Both the position numbers and the translations under genes were made by a program. From Selaginella moellendorffii (Eukaryota; Plantae; Lycopodiophyta), in the NCBI RefSeq assembly GCF_000143415.4, contig NW_003314277.1:321183-385182 (forward strand): a DNA stretch of 64,000 nucleotides, written 5' to 3'. Shown here in pieces: positions 1 through 11,984 of the stretch. Below the pieces are notes generated by a model. It was not told where the DNA came from and ran no database searches. It was given only the letters and a program-made list of their open reading frames with translations. The first letter of the stretch is position 1. Each line of letters opens with the position of its first letter.

Positions 1-3000
1 ACACTTACCATTCGTCCGTGGAGCCGAGCATCGAAATCTATCTCACAAAGACCGACGTCACTGGCACTGGAGCAGCTGCCACGCTGCTGCTCTTGAACAA
101 CGAAGTTGGTTTCTCGGAAAAGAATATAGAGTCCTTGTGCGGCGCTGGTCAGTCCACAAAGAAAGGAAAGAAATCTCAAGGATACATTGGCGAGAAAGGT
201 GAGATAATTCTTTCTTACCTCTCCCTCTCTAGCCGTGGTAACGTCTCTTGCTCGTACAGGAATTGGGTTTAAGAGCGTTTTTCTCGTCACCAAGCAGCCG
301 TATATAATCACCAATGGCTTTCGTATTCGTTTCGACGAAGAGCCCCACAACGAGGCCAAGCTCGGGTATATTGTCCCGGAATGGGTCGACCGTCCTACAG
401 ACGCTGTGCTGCAGAAGGTCTGTAGCAAGACCGAGCTTCCTGCAACGGTGATCATCCTTCCCTTGCGTCAGGAAAAGATTTCGGAGGTGGCAAAACAGCT
501 TACTCAAATCCCAGCGGAGACGCTCCTCTTCTTATCGAAGATACGCATGCTCTCCATCTACGATCAGCAGTCGCGGCCTCCCACGGAACTGGTTCTCTCC
601 AGATCTGTGGAGATGACAACGTCAAAGAATGGAAGCGTGGAAACGAGCACAACTTTTCTGACAGCTAGTAACGGACGGAATGGCACTCAGCACAGCAACT
701 ACTACATGTTTAAGCAGACTTTGAAAGTACCTGAGGAGGCCAAGGTTGAAAAGCGAAAAGATGTCGATAGCTGGACGATCACTCTAGCCTTTCCGGTGGA
801 TGATCGTATCTCGAGCAGCTGCAGCATTGGCGATATCTTCTCGTTCCTGCCTTCCGATATCCACTCGGGCCTGCCGTTTCTTATCAACTCGGACTTTTTG
901 CTCGTTTCCTCCCGTGAGACGCTCCTCTTTGACAGCCCCTGGAACCAGGGGATCTTTCGCTGTGTTCCCGAGGTTTTCTACAACGCCTTCGAGCTTCTCC
1001 TCAACACCACGGCGTTTGGACTGCAGAGTATACCGTCAGTAGCACGCATGGCAATGTACAAGTACGTACCTGTGACTGCTTGCCGCAACTCGTACCTCGA
1101 GAGAGTCCGCAACGATATCTTGTCCAAGCTGAAGGACAACAACGTCATTCTTTGCGCCTCGGACGTCGGCCGTGCACCACCGAGCGGGCAGCTTTGCAAG
1201 CCTGCTCTTGCGAGAAAAATCGCCCCCAGCTTCCGAGAGCTCCTCAAAGCCGCACCGAAGTGTCCCAGGTTCTTGCGAGGAAGTCCCTGGTTCTTGCGAC
1301 GAAGTTCCTCGTACATAGTGGACAGCACGCTGCAGGAGAACTACGGCTCGGTGCTGAGACTCCTGGGAGTCCCAGATATGAGCAACGATGAATATCACCA
1401 AAGCCTCGACTCTGAAGACTGGATGAGATCGCTCCCCGACGATGCATATGTCAAGCTGCTGGTGTTCCTGTCCTCCAAGTCGTCAACTTTGAGATCCCTC
1501 AGGTTTCTCAAGTATCGAGGCTCCGATGGTCGACTCCAGTTGGCAAGCATGGATGATCTCGCGCGAAACGATGGCAGATCCATGTACTGGGATTCTGGTC
1601 ACAGAGCTACCGCTTGGCTCGCTGGTTGGACAGAGGTGTTTCAACGTTGGCTAACTTTCAACTTCGTTCCATCGGCCTGCGCTGCAAAAATCCGGCAGCA
1701 CTCGGTGTTAGAGAACTGGTTGGAGAGAACCCCCTTCAGCGTGAGCGAACTGACAGCATGCTCACTCGCTCGTCAGGTTCTTGGAGCAGTCACTGCGAAC
1801 TCCTCAAATGCAAAGCTTGCTGTTCTAGCGATGCACTTCCTGTTCGACCTGTACAGAAACGACCGCAGCTCGTACACATCCATCAGCAACCAAAAGCGTA
1901 ATGAACCAATCGTCGAGAATGACGGAGCCGTGAGTCCCTATGTTGCGAGTTATGTTTCAACGCGTCCATTGTTGCTACCGGCGGCTTGTGGAGCGAAGTG
2001 GCCGCTCTTGCTCCCGTCTGACGCGTGGAGACGCGGCGTTCGAAAATTGTCAGAAGAGTATATGGAGTCAGCAACGATCGATCTCTCCGACTCCGACGTG
2101 CGAACCGAGTTTGTGAATTTTCTGAAGGAGCAGTTCCTGGCTACGGACATCCCCGCCTTTGATCCGGTGGACGAGGCCCTTCCTCCGCATTATGTTGGTA
2201 ACGTCGCAGCGAGCTCGTTGTTACTGAAGTGGATTAAATCCAGGCACTGCAATGCACCCGCTTTCACTTCCAGTATTAAGACTACCAAGTGGTTGAAGAC
2301 GAGCCACGGATACTGCTGCCCAACCGTTGCATTCCTGCCGGTGCCTGAGCTGCTTAAAGTCTTGAAAGTCGAGGACGTTCCGTTCGTGGACAAGGACTGG
2401 ATGCCATTGGAGGAGTATAAGAACGAGTTCCGAAGCCTGGGAGTGGCTTGCGAGCCCGGCATGGGATATGCAACTGTCCTCCGCTGTCTCGGCAATATGC
2501 AGAAGCTTCCTGCTCGGCAAGTCGACACGGCTAAAGTGGTCAGATTTTATCAGTACCTCTCCCGCTGCGCTGAACAAGAATTATGGAGGGACGTTGACGT
2601 GATCTGGGTGCCGCAGAGCGAAGGCCGTGCAGCAACCTGGAAGAAAAAGGAAGAATGCGTCATTCACGACGTTGAGGGCTTGTTTGAAGAACTCGGTGTT
2701 GTACCTCTGGATAGCTGCTACGAGCGGGTCATGCAAGACATCCTTCAGAAGAGGTTTGATGTTTGTGAGAAGCCTTCGATCATCAAGTTCTGCGAGCTCT
2801 GGCAGAGGTGGTCGTCTAAAGGAAAAGATGTCGAGGTACAAAAGGCTTACACAGTGTGGCGTGAGCTGGTGGAGGCGAAGCTAGTCTCGTCACGACCAAC
2901 TTCGACGCCGTATCTGAAAGTTTTCCGCGCGAGCAGCTGCGTTCCTTCAATACCAGCCTGCGAAAAGAACGCAGCCACCGTGAAGCTTCTTCCGCCTGCA

Positions 3001-4518
3001 AAGACGGTCATGGTTGATCAGCTAGAGCTGGAACATCTCTTTAGAAACACTAATCCTCGTCCGTGGGTGGCGTGGTATCCAGCCAGCCAGGAGATCAACA
3101 CGCAGGAGCTATATGAAGTCTATTCCTGGCTGGGGGTCAAGACAATCTCCGAATGTGCTGAATCGGAGACGGACACGAGCTGCATGAGCCTCTCACTCGG
3201 AAGGAAACTGGTCTGGGACGAAGGATACATCCACCTGGGACTGTTTAGAGCAATACTCGGGTATCTGGCTCTATCACTCTCCGTCAAGGAGCGACAAACC
3301 ATAGTGCAGGAACTGCTGCGTCTAAAGGAGGTGGAACTCGAAACGGGCCTGAAAGTTCACTGGACTCTTCGCGTTGGAGACACTACACGTCACGCGGTCT
3401 CGGAGAGGATGCTCTACTGGAACAGGGAGAGGCAGGAACTAGCCTATGTCGACGAGGGGCAAAGGAAGAAGAGGAACACAGAGTTTGGGACCGAGTTCGC
3501 GAGGATCATAGCGGAGGGTCTGCTTTTCCACCACCGGGACTTGATTCCAGGCATGGAGAGGCATCTGAGCATGCTGGCATTCTCTAAGTTCGACGTCATG
3601 GAGGTGGACAACATGCTCATCAAGCACAACATGCGGCTCTATAGCGAGGACGAGACGTTTCTAAAGACCGGGGTGATTGTGGATCCATCTAAAGCTGACG
3701 CTGAGAAGAACTTACATGGTGGTGAAGCAGTCGCAGAGATGGAACCGTTTGTGCTACCGGATGTTCCTGAAACGGAGGAAGATCAGCTGGAGAGAGATTC
3801 AAGAATTTCCGAACGTCCAGCAGACTCGAGATCCACCACCATTGTCGTCGCTCCAAGTTCTTACTCTCCAGCTTTTGTCGCTGCTACTCCGAGACCACCA
3901 CCTCTGGACAACCGGAAATACCTCCTGGAGCAAGCTTTCCAAGTCTTATCATCGCTGGACGAGATCAAAGACGAGGCGTGGACGATGGAGCTGCCAGACG
4001 AGGTTTTTAACTCAGAGAAGATCAGCGCGTGGCGAGAGACGTACCTTCCAACAGTTCGTCGCCTTTTGGACTATCCACCCGAGGAAGGTTACCTCAAGCC
4101 CGGGATGAGGACTGGCATGTCTCTAGACAAGATGCTCACAGCGGCATTTCTCGACGCTGGAAACTTTCCGGGAGTGAAAGGATCGAGCCACCATCACTTG
4201 AGCGTCGTTGGAGCAGCGTGCCTCAACCTGTGCCTGGCGATGGAGCTCGTCAAGCTAGATGACAATCACCACGGCGGAGTAAACGGCGCTTACAAGCTGA
4301 CGAACACCTCCCTGCTCGCGGCGTGCTTCCATGCCTGTGGGCTGGACGAATCTGTGCTGCGCAGCTCGAATTCGGCAGCCGTGAGCGACCTCGTGGGGGC
4401 GAGCGTCGCGAGAGCCCTACTGGCTGTGGGGTTTTGCGCCTACGACGATGGATTGGGAGAAGTGAGGCGGATCTACCAGGAGGTGTTCCTCGCCGCCCTC
4501 GGCGATGCTCTCGGCTGA
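1..4518 (+). CDS. Sacsin/NO VEIN-like GHKL ATPase protein with C-terminal RNase III-like domain, copy 1. 5' exon lies outside the window; visible exons 1-198 and 260-4518
   Basis: Exon 2 has NNEVGF and YIGEK. A GT..AG intron at 199-259 joins IGEKG|IGFKSVF, the sacsin/NOV HATPase signature. FSFLP..SGLPFLINSDFLLVSSRE..WNQ follows. Exon 3 is open to TGA at 4518. Confidence 0.88.
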
Positions 4519-4669
4519 AATTTTCATGCGAAATATGCTAGGCTCACCGATTTTGTCCTAAAAACTCTCCCGCCCAAGTTTTCAAATACTTTCTAGGAAT
4601 ATAGCCAGCATATTCGCTACTTTGAGCTAGGCAATCCCTGGATGAAAGATATAAGACTGATAAGAATTT

Positions 4670-4822
4670 TGCCTGGATCAAATGACGAGAGAGGCTCACC
4701 TGGAAACTCAGCAGCCTGATACACAGTTCCAGCATCTTCCAAACCATCTCAGTTGCTCAAAGATAGCCAAATTCAATGTCTCGGACATTGCAGTTGTACA
4801 GCTGCGAATGTAATCGATGTCA
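4670..4822 (-). pseudogene. Diverged GPT/ALG7 3'-exon fragment, repeated near 26910-27045, 36708-36860 and 39939-40090
   Basis: ctcacctggaaactcagcagcctgatacacagtt...catcttccaaaccatctca aligns by eye with GPT 49150-49240. The reverse strand reads (E)LCIRLLSFQ|gt. Confidence 0.6.
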
Positions 4823-7800
4823 CTTAGAGGCGTTCATTTTTGTGAAGAAGGTGATAGGCAAAGAACAAAGGCAAATGCCTGAGGGGCTGGCACTTCCAAG
4901 ATGCTAGCCCGGTCATGGAATAAAGTGATTCTTGCATGAAACAGAGTGGCTCAGAATGCCTGTGCCGTAGCTGAATGGCCCTGCGACTTTGCTGCTACCA
5001 TCCTGGATCATGTTCCCGGTGTTGTCGAAAGTTAAAGCTGGAAGAAGCACAGATTATTGCTGAGCTAGATAATCTTAAATTATGAGAACTACCAATTTTA
5101 GTTTGCGCGTGGTTAGTATAGTCAAAATTAGAGTTTTTTTATTGTTAGATTTATTCTAAATTGATAATTCCTTTGCAGAAACCAGCTTCACAATATTTTA
5201 TGGTTATTTTCAGAATAAAAAACAAAAGCAATATATGATAGCAATTCTATGATTTCTAAAAATCAATAATTTTACTCCATTATTTATATTAAATCAGATT
5301 TTCTATTTATAGAGATTATATTATTAAAAATTATTATATGTATATATGTTTTTATCTTCAGAATAAAAAACTAAAGCAATATAGAGATTATAGAGCTGTA
5401 TGTGACATTTTAAATAAAATTTGAATAAATTCGAGAATTATTTAATCCAGGTATATTCCTGGTTCAGAATATAATGCAATCAATGATAGTCCATTATTTG
5501 TGCAGCTAAATCAATAATTATATGTAGAAAAATTAAAGAAATTAATATAAATTAAAAAAATAAATTAAAAAAATATTTATCTTTTAGGAATGCCCAAATA
5601 GTTTAGCTCCTTCCTATGTGATCACGATTCATATTTTGCACTTTATTTTTTCACTTAAAGCTCTGAATTGTTTAAGCTTTTCTTGATATAATATATGTGT
5701 TTAGGCATATCCAAAAACATTTGTTCTAGATTTTTTTCTAATAAAGAACAAAACCTTCCATTGTAACTATTGATGTTTGCCCATAACCACTTTTATGGAA
5801 AAAGAATGTTAATTTACACACACACACGCATATATATTTTCTTTAATTTAATATTAATTTATATTTAACATTACTTTTCCCTAATTGATTTTAAGGTAAG
5901 AGTGTTTTTAACTCCTCCTTTAACCAATGGAAAAATATGATAGAAAAATCAACAATTGCATCTAGAATTTAGCCTTTATTTTTTAGTTCTTTATTTGATG
6001 CTCACAATAGTTATTGAAGAGCACTCTTTAGGCAAAGGATCAAAACAATTTAATCAACAAAGTAGTGATGGGTTAAAACATTATGCAATTCCTATTGATC
6101 AATAGGAATTATACAATATTTCTCAGTGCATGTCTAGAGCTTAGCATAATGTTATGAGATGTCACCTTTTCTACTTCTCGTTGCTCGTCTTTCAACTCCA
6201 CTTCCTATGGGTGATGGTCTTATTTTAATGAAGGTTGATGATGCTGTTGTTCGAGTCCAAGGACAAGGGCAAGGCCGTGATCATGGCCGTGATGTTCGTT
6301 GCTGGGCGTGTGATGAAGTTGGTCACACTTATTGGCATTGTCGGCATTTTCTAGATTGGCAGCCACCATTTCCTGGGTGGAGACCTTGGCATCAACAACG
6401 TCTTGTTGGTGCTGTTGTAGTGGAAGGTCTAGACATTGAGATGCATCCGGGAAACAAGGAGTCGGGCGAGTAACGGAGGGACCTTGCACAAATAAGTCAG
6501 TGACCCCTTCATCTATCTTTCGGGAGTATCATCAAGGGGTTCACTTGGCACTAGTTCATCTAATGTTTCCTTTCCAAGCTCATTTTATTAATAACCAATC
6601 TTCTATTATTCTCTCCGTGTTGGTTGATACAAGTTCAAGTTTATCTTTTATTGCTCGACCCGTTGCCACATGTTGTTATCTACACTTGCGTCGTGCAGTG
6701 AAGCTAGTTTTCATTCTTTATGGCAATAGCTATACACATGCATGTGCACGGGATGAGGCAAATTTAGTTATGCGTGTGTGTGATCTTGAGTTGGGTTGCA
6801 ATTATTGCAAGTGGTGCTAAGTCAAGCTTTTGACCTCATCCTTGGTATGGATTGGTTGCAACGCAATCATGCCAAGTGTGACTTTAAGGCTTTTCCCCTT
6901 TGTTTCATACTTCCTTATATTTCATCCACTCCTCTCACTTTCGAACCTCTTCGTCCCTCTATTTCTATCTCTGCTTCTATTACTTTTGTCCTCCTACTCC
7001 TTCCTTCTATGTCTCCATCTTGTTCTACTCTTCCCTTTTCCAATCCCTTTGACAATCTTTGTGTTTCAATGGTTGATTGGTTCATAAAGGAGTATTTTGA
7101 TCTTTTTGAATTTGACCTATCATCTGGGGCCAAAATTGCCACACGTCATCCTATTCTAATCGGGGATGCGCGTCCAATCAAGGTTCTTGTTCGTCGTCAG
7201 TCACCCAAATAGATCAAGATTTTACATACAAACGTAAAAGAGAAGGGTGTTATTCAAAAGTCGCAAAGTCCTTGGGCATGTGAACCTCATCTTATGACGA
7301 AGCCTGATGGGAGTATTTGTTTCTGCATCAACTATCATCCATTAAATGAAGTGACAATCCCAAATGTATACCCTCTTCCTCACACTGTTGATCTCTTGGA
7401 TCATTTGGGGTGAAGTTGTTAGTTCACCAAGCTAGATCTTGCTTATGGGTACTGGCAAGTACTGATGGCTGAAAAACACATTCCTAAGACTACTTCTTGT
7501 ACACTATTTGGTTTGTACAAGTTTTTGGTGATGCTATTTGGTTTGCACAATGCTCCAGCAACTTTCCAGCGGATGATAGACGAGGTTCTTTGCGATATGC
7601 CAGAGGTGACTGTTGACTTCATTAATGATGTCCTAATTCACTCGGAGGGGACGTGAAAAGAGCACATTCGTGATGTTTGTAAAGTGTTGGATTGGTTACA
7701 AGGGCATTGGCTTAAAGCTGAAGCAGTCAAAGTGCATATTTATGCCCAAGGACACGATTTATCTTGGGTACCGTATTTCTCGTGAGGGTTTGCAAGTTGA

Positions 7801-8105
7801 TCCTAACAAATTTGTGGCTGTTCTAAAATTCCCTACTTTGAAGTGTGTGACTAATGTGTAGCACTTCCTAGGAAAGATGTAGTATCTCAGTCATTTGTGG
7901 ATCATCTTTCTGATCATACTGCACCATTGTGAGCATTACTGAAATCTGTAAGCAACCAAAGGGAACGACTCAAAAAACGATCTATAGGGGTTCAAATATA
8001 AAAGGAAAGGGCCCATGAACAAAAATGCACCCCCTTTTTTAATCGGTTAAAGGTCTTGGGATATTTGGGGTTAAGTGTCATTGGATTTGAATAATACTTG
8101 GCTGG

Positions 8106-9579
8106 TGTAAGCGATTAATTTTTCCATTCTACTTTAGTCACTTAGCCATACCTCTGACCACTTGGAGGAGTCTCATTCACAACCTCCATAAGTTCAATTC
8201 AGGACTTGGGGCTTGCTTGCCCCGAGAATGGCATTCATGCCACTCAACCTTTGCACTTGGTCCAAGTGCTCCACGTGTCCGATCCCAAGATCGACACCCC
8301 AAGGTACCACCAACATATCAGCCCGTTATGCTAGGCCATGCCTATTCACCTTGGTCACATCAATGGTCCAACACCATCTGTATTGTAATCCTGTCTCTCC
8401 AAGACTGGGCCATCCGTCCATGAGTGGTCAGCCCAAATCCACTCCTTAACATCCTTAGGATGCCCACAGATATGGGGAATAGCCTTCCCCAGTATCTCCT
8501 TTCCGGTCCTCACTAAGTCCCTTTCTGTTCATGGCTGTGCTCGCCAACACTGCCATTGGGGCAAGGCTCACAGGCCCGACCATTAAGTCCCGTGGTCCTC
8601 TGGGACTTCTTCACCATGTGACTATGTCCTTGGTCACCACACCAGAGGGCTACTCCTCTTCCTTTCCACAGTCTGGGACTTTGGGACACCATTTCGGAAC
8701 ACCGTGGCCCTATGCAGGCCTCCTAGGTACTCTCCCCGCCTTCCGCCTTTGGGTGCTCTAGCCATGGGCTTAGAGCGAGGTTCCGTTGAGCCACGCCTGG
8801 TATCCAAGTAGGTAGTGCCACCCACATTTGGACTGAGAGCATTGACCTGGGGGAACTAGAGTCGGCTCTTGAACACTTCACCAAGCTACCCCGCTTGTCG
8901 ATCTATATTCACTCTAGTCTTGGACTTCCCAATGGTCAGCTCATCACTCAACATTGGGTATGGCCTTCCTGAGCCAAATGGCCTTTCTTGGACAAACTGG
9001 CTCCACTAGGCTCCAACCCCCACACTCTCCCTACTATACTTTTGGAACCCCCCGCAGCCCCCCCACCCCCCCTTGGGGGACGATTGCTTTGGGCTTTCAC
9101 CCAACTACCCGTATTAGTATTCGGACTCGGACTCGAGCTCGAACTCGGACTCGGACTCGGTCTCGGTCTTGGTCTCGGTCTCGGTCTCAGTCTTGGTTCC
9201 GGTTCCACCTTGGACTCCATCTCGGATCCATCTTGAGTCCGTCTCGGATTCCATCTCGGACTCCATCTCGGGTCCATCTCGGACTCCTTCTCGGGTCCAT
9301 CTCGGATCCATCTCGGACTCCATCTCGGGTCCATCTCGGACTCCATCTCGAGTCCATCTCGGATCCATCTCGGACTCCATCTCGGGTCCATCTCGAACTC
9401 CATCTTGGGTCCGTCTTACACTCCATCTCAGGTCCATCTTGGACTCCATCTCGGGTCCATCTCAGACTCCACTTCAGACTCCACTTCGGACTCCAACTCG
9501 GGTCCATCTCAGACTCCATCTCAGGTCCATCTTGAACTCCACTTCGGACTCCAACTTGGGTCCATCTCGGACACTTACA
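8106..9579 (-). mobile_element. Solo LTR related to chromovirus D, inserted in reverse inside the family C 5' LTR
   Basis: Starts tgtaagcgattaatttttcc, the reverse complement of the D LTR end ggaaaaatttatggcttaca. Shares the ttccaaaagtatagtaggg and gtgaaagcccaaag blocks and a tandem-repeat tract. Ends cttaca. No clear TSD. Confidence 0.7.
9118..9570. repeat. 6/12-bp tandem array (ctcgga, ctcggactccat) inside the solo LTR
   Basis: Directly visible. It produces low-complexity shadow ORFs. Confidence 0.9.
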
Positions 9580-11984
9580 CGTGTCATGTGTTGGTCCTTT
9601 TGGGTCCCTTTTTGGAGCCTCGCTTATTGCTCGTTTCATGCTCATTCCTCGAGCACTTTGTTGGGAGCTCCACTCCCGCTCTCAACCTTTCAAGTCGGAG
9701 CTTTTAGTCCAAACGTGTTACGCTCGTTTGGTTTTCGCTTCGGCCACCACCACATGGCACCCTTCCGGCTCCACTTTGGGGCCTAGGGATTTTGTGTCTC
9801 ACAGTTGGATGACCTCTTGGGAAGTCTAAATTTATGAGTTTACATTTGGTATCAAAGCAAGTCTCGAGTCTGACTCTATTGGTTGGCTAAGGGAATCACA
9901 CCACATGTTAATTGACATCTAGCAAAGGTCCAATATGCTTTGGCTGAGCTTGACCCAAGGAGTAGGATGTCAAGCGAGCAGGGCTCTTGGGAAAGCTACA
10001 ACTCTTAGCTTCCATTCACGAGGGCGTGAACTTGCAGGGAAGCATAGTGGATTGTAAGCAACCAAAGGGAATGATTCGAGAGATAATCTATAAGGGTTCA
10101 AATATAAAGGGAAAGGGCCCATGAGCAAGAGTGCACCTCTTTTTCAATCAAATATTGGGATATTTGGGGTTAAGTGTTCTTGGGTTTGAATAGTATTCTC
10201 CCGAGAAGTCCAAATTTAGAAGCTTACAAAGTCATCAACGTCCTCTTTCATCTGGTCTTTGGATTGTGAGTCGGCATTCATGGATCTCAAAGAGCTCTTG
10301 ATGACTCCTCCAGTTTTGACATATTCTGACTACACTCGACCTTTTATTTTATGCGTGGATGCTTTTGATATTTGTTTTGGAGGTGTGTTGATGCAAGAGA
10401 GCCCAAGTGTACCTGGTCAACGCCATCCTATTGCATATATAAGCCGTACATTACAACTAACGGAGGTGAACTACTCCACGACAAAGAAGGAATGTTTAGC
10501 AGCAGTCTGGGGTTTCGAGAAACTTGATACATATCTACATGGTTCTCGGAGGTTATTTGAAGGTGATCATGCTGCCATTACTTCATTATTGAAGAAAAGA
10601 ACCTTGTTGGTTGTACTACTCGGTGGGCTTTGAATCTTCAGATATATGATTTTGATGTTGTTCATCACCCCGAAAGTTTTATGGGTAATGTTGATGCCCT
10701 TTCTCAAGCTCCTTTTCCTTTTCCACTCTCTTCTCATATTTTTGATGAGCCTGTTGTTCCAGCATCTGTGGATTTTCTAAATGAGGATTCTGTGCCGTCA
10801 ACGGTTGCTGTACTTGATGTTTAATGTCCACAAGGTGCAAAGCAAGATCTACCTTCTCTTGACAAAGTTCACGAGGCTCAAAAGCTTCAGCCATGGATTC
10901 AAAGGCTTCAAGATGGGTTTAAGAATCTTGCATCATTTGTTGATGACTTGCCATTCTGGCATTTACAATGTCAATATTGCCTTCAAGATGGCTTTCTTTA
11001 TTTTTTGGGGACGAATCCTGGTAATCCTTTATGGGTGGTGGTGCCTTCAATCTTTATTCCACGGTTTCTTCATACATACCATGATTCTTTTGTTCTATGT
11101 GGGAATATGGGACATTCTCATGTGACCAAGAAGTTGCACAGGTCTTTCTATTGGCCGAACATGTGACATGATATTATCTGGTATGTGCATAGTTGCATTT
11201 AATGCCAAGTTCGTAATACTCTCCCTCGTGCTATGGAAGGACAGTTGGAGTCAATTGCAGTTTCCCATCCATTTGAGTTAGTGGCATTTGATCTTATAGG
11301 ACTTTTTCCACGATCGACTGCTGGCAATGAGTATGTTATTATTGCTTTTGACTATTTGACTCATTGGGTAGAAATTGGTGCTCTTGCTAGTGCCTTTACA
11401 ACCGCTATTGAATACTTCCTCTTTAATCGAGTGGTGTTCTAGCATTCTTGTCTGGAGCAGATTCTTTTAGATAATGGTCCCGCATTTATGGCTGAAGCAT
11501 TTCATGTTTTGACGTCTCGATTGGGGATATGCCACATTTTCATAAGTGTTTATCATCTATAGTCAGATGGTTTGGTGGAACGGCTCATTTGAACATTCAA
11601 AGGAATAATTGCGAAATATGTGAACTTTCAACATTCAGATTGGGATGGTTATTTGCCATCTGTTCGGTATACATATGTTACAGAGGTGTAAAGTTATGTT
11701 GGTGCTTCACAATATAAACTTTTACATGATCATAATCCAATATTACCAACGGAGCTAGGTTTGCCTTCACAATTGCCAGGAGCTGCCGATGCTAGGTCCT
11801 AAGATCAATATTTGACGAGCATTCTTCCACTTGTTCGAGCAGAGTCTGCCAAACACTTAGGCCACGTACAAGTGGGACAACAACAGAGCTACAATGCCCA
11901 CCATCGTCCACTCTTAGTGTTAATCCGTTTTCCCCATCTTACGGTACGTGGTTTATCTAAGGGGTTCCTTGCTCAGTGGAAAGG

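Larger units (their letters stand above)
7947..10228 (+). mobile_element. TRIM-like non-autonomous LTR element (family C)
   Basis: TGTAAG...CTTACA termini and near-TSD aaatc/aagtc. 5' LTR 7947-8105 plus 9580-9844. PBS tggtatcaaagc at 9847-9858 (tRNA-iMet type). About 200 bp non-coding interior. 3' LTR 10053-10228. Confidence 0.75.

Noticed and set aside
235-259. ORF-track start at 235 for the 1427-aa protein
   Set aside because: It lies in intron 2. Paralogs show the true ATG two exons upstream.
700-4330. Numerous short antisense and alternate-frame ORFs, repeated in copies 2 and 3
   Set aside because: Shadows of a GC-rich coding region; their recurrence simply reflects the duplication.
9118-9570. 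Repeat array as a CRISPR array, or the ORFs over it as proteins
   Set aside because: Contiguous 6/12-bp units with no unique spacers and no cas genes. It lies inside an LTR, and the ORFs are low-complexity artefacts.
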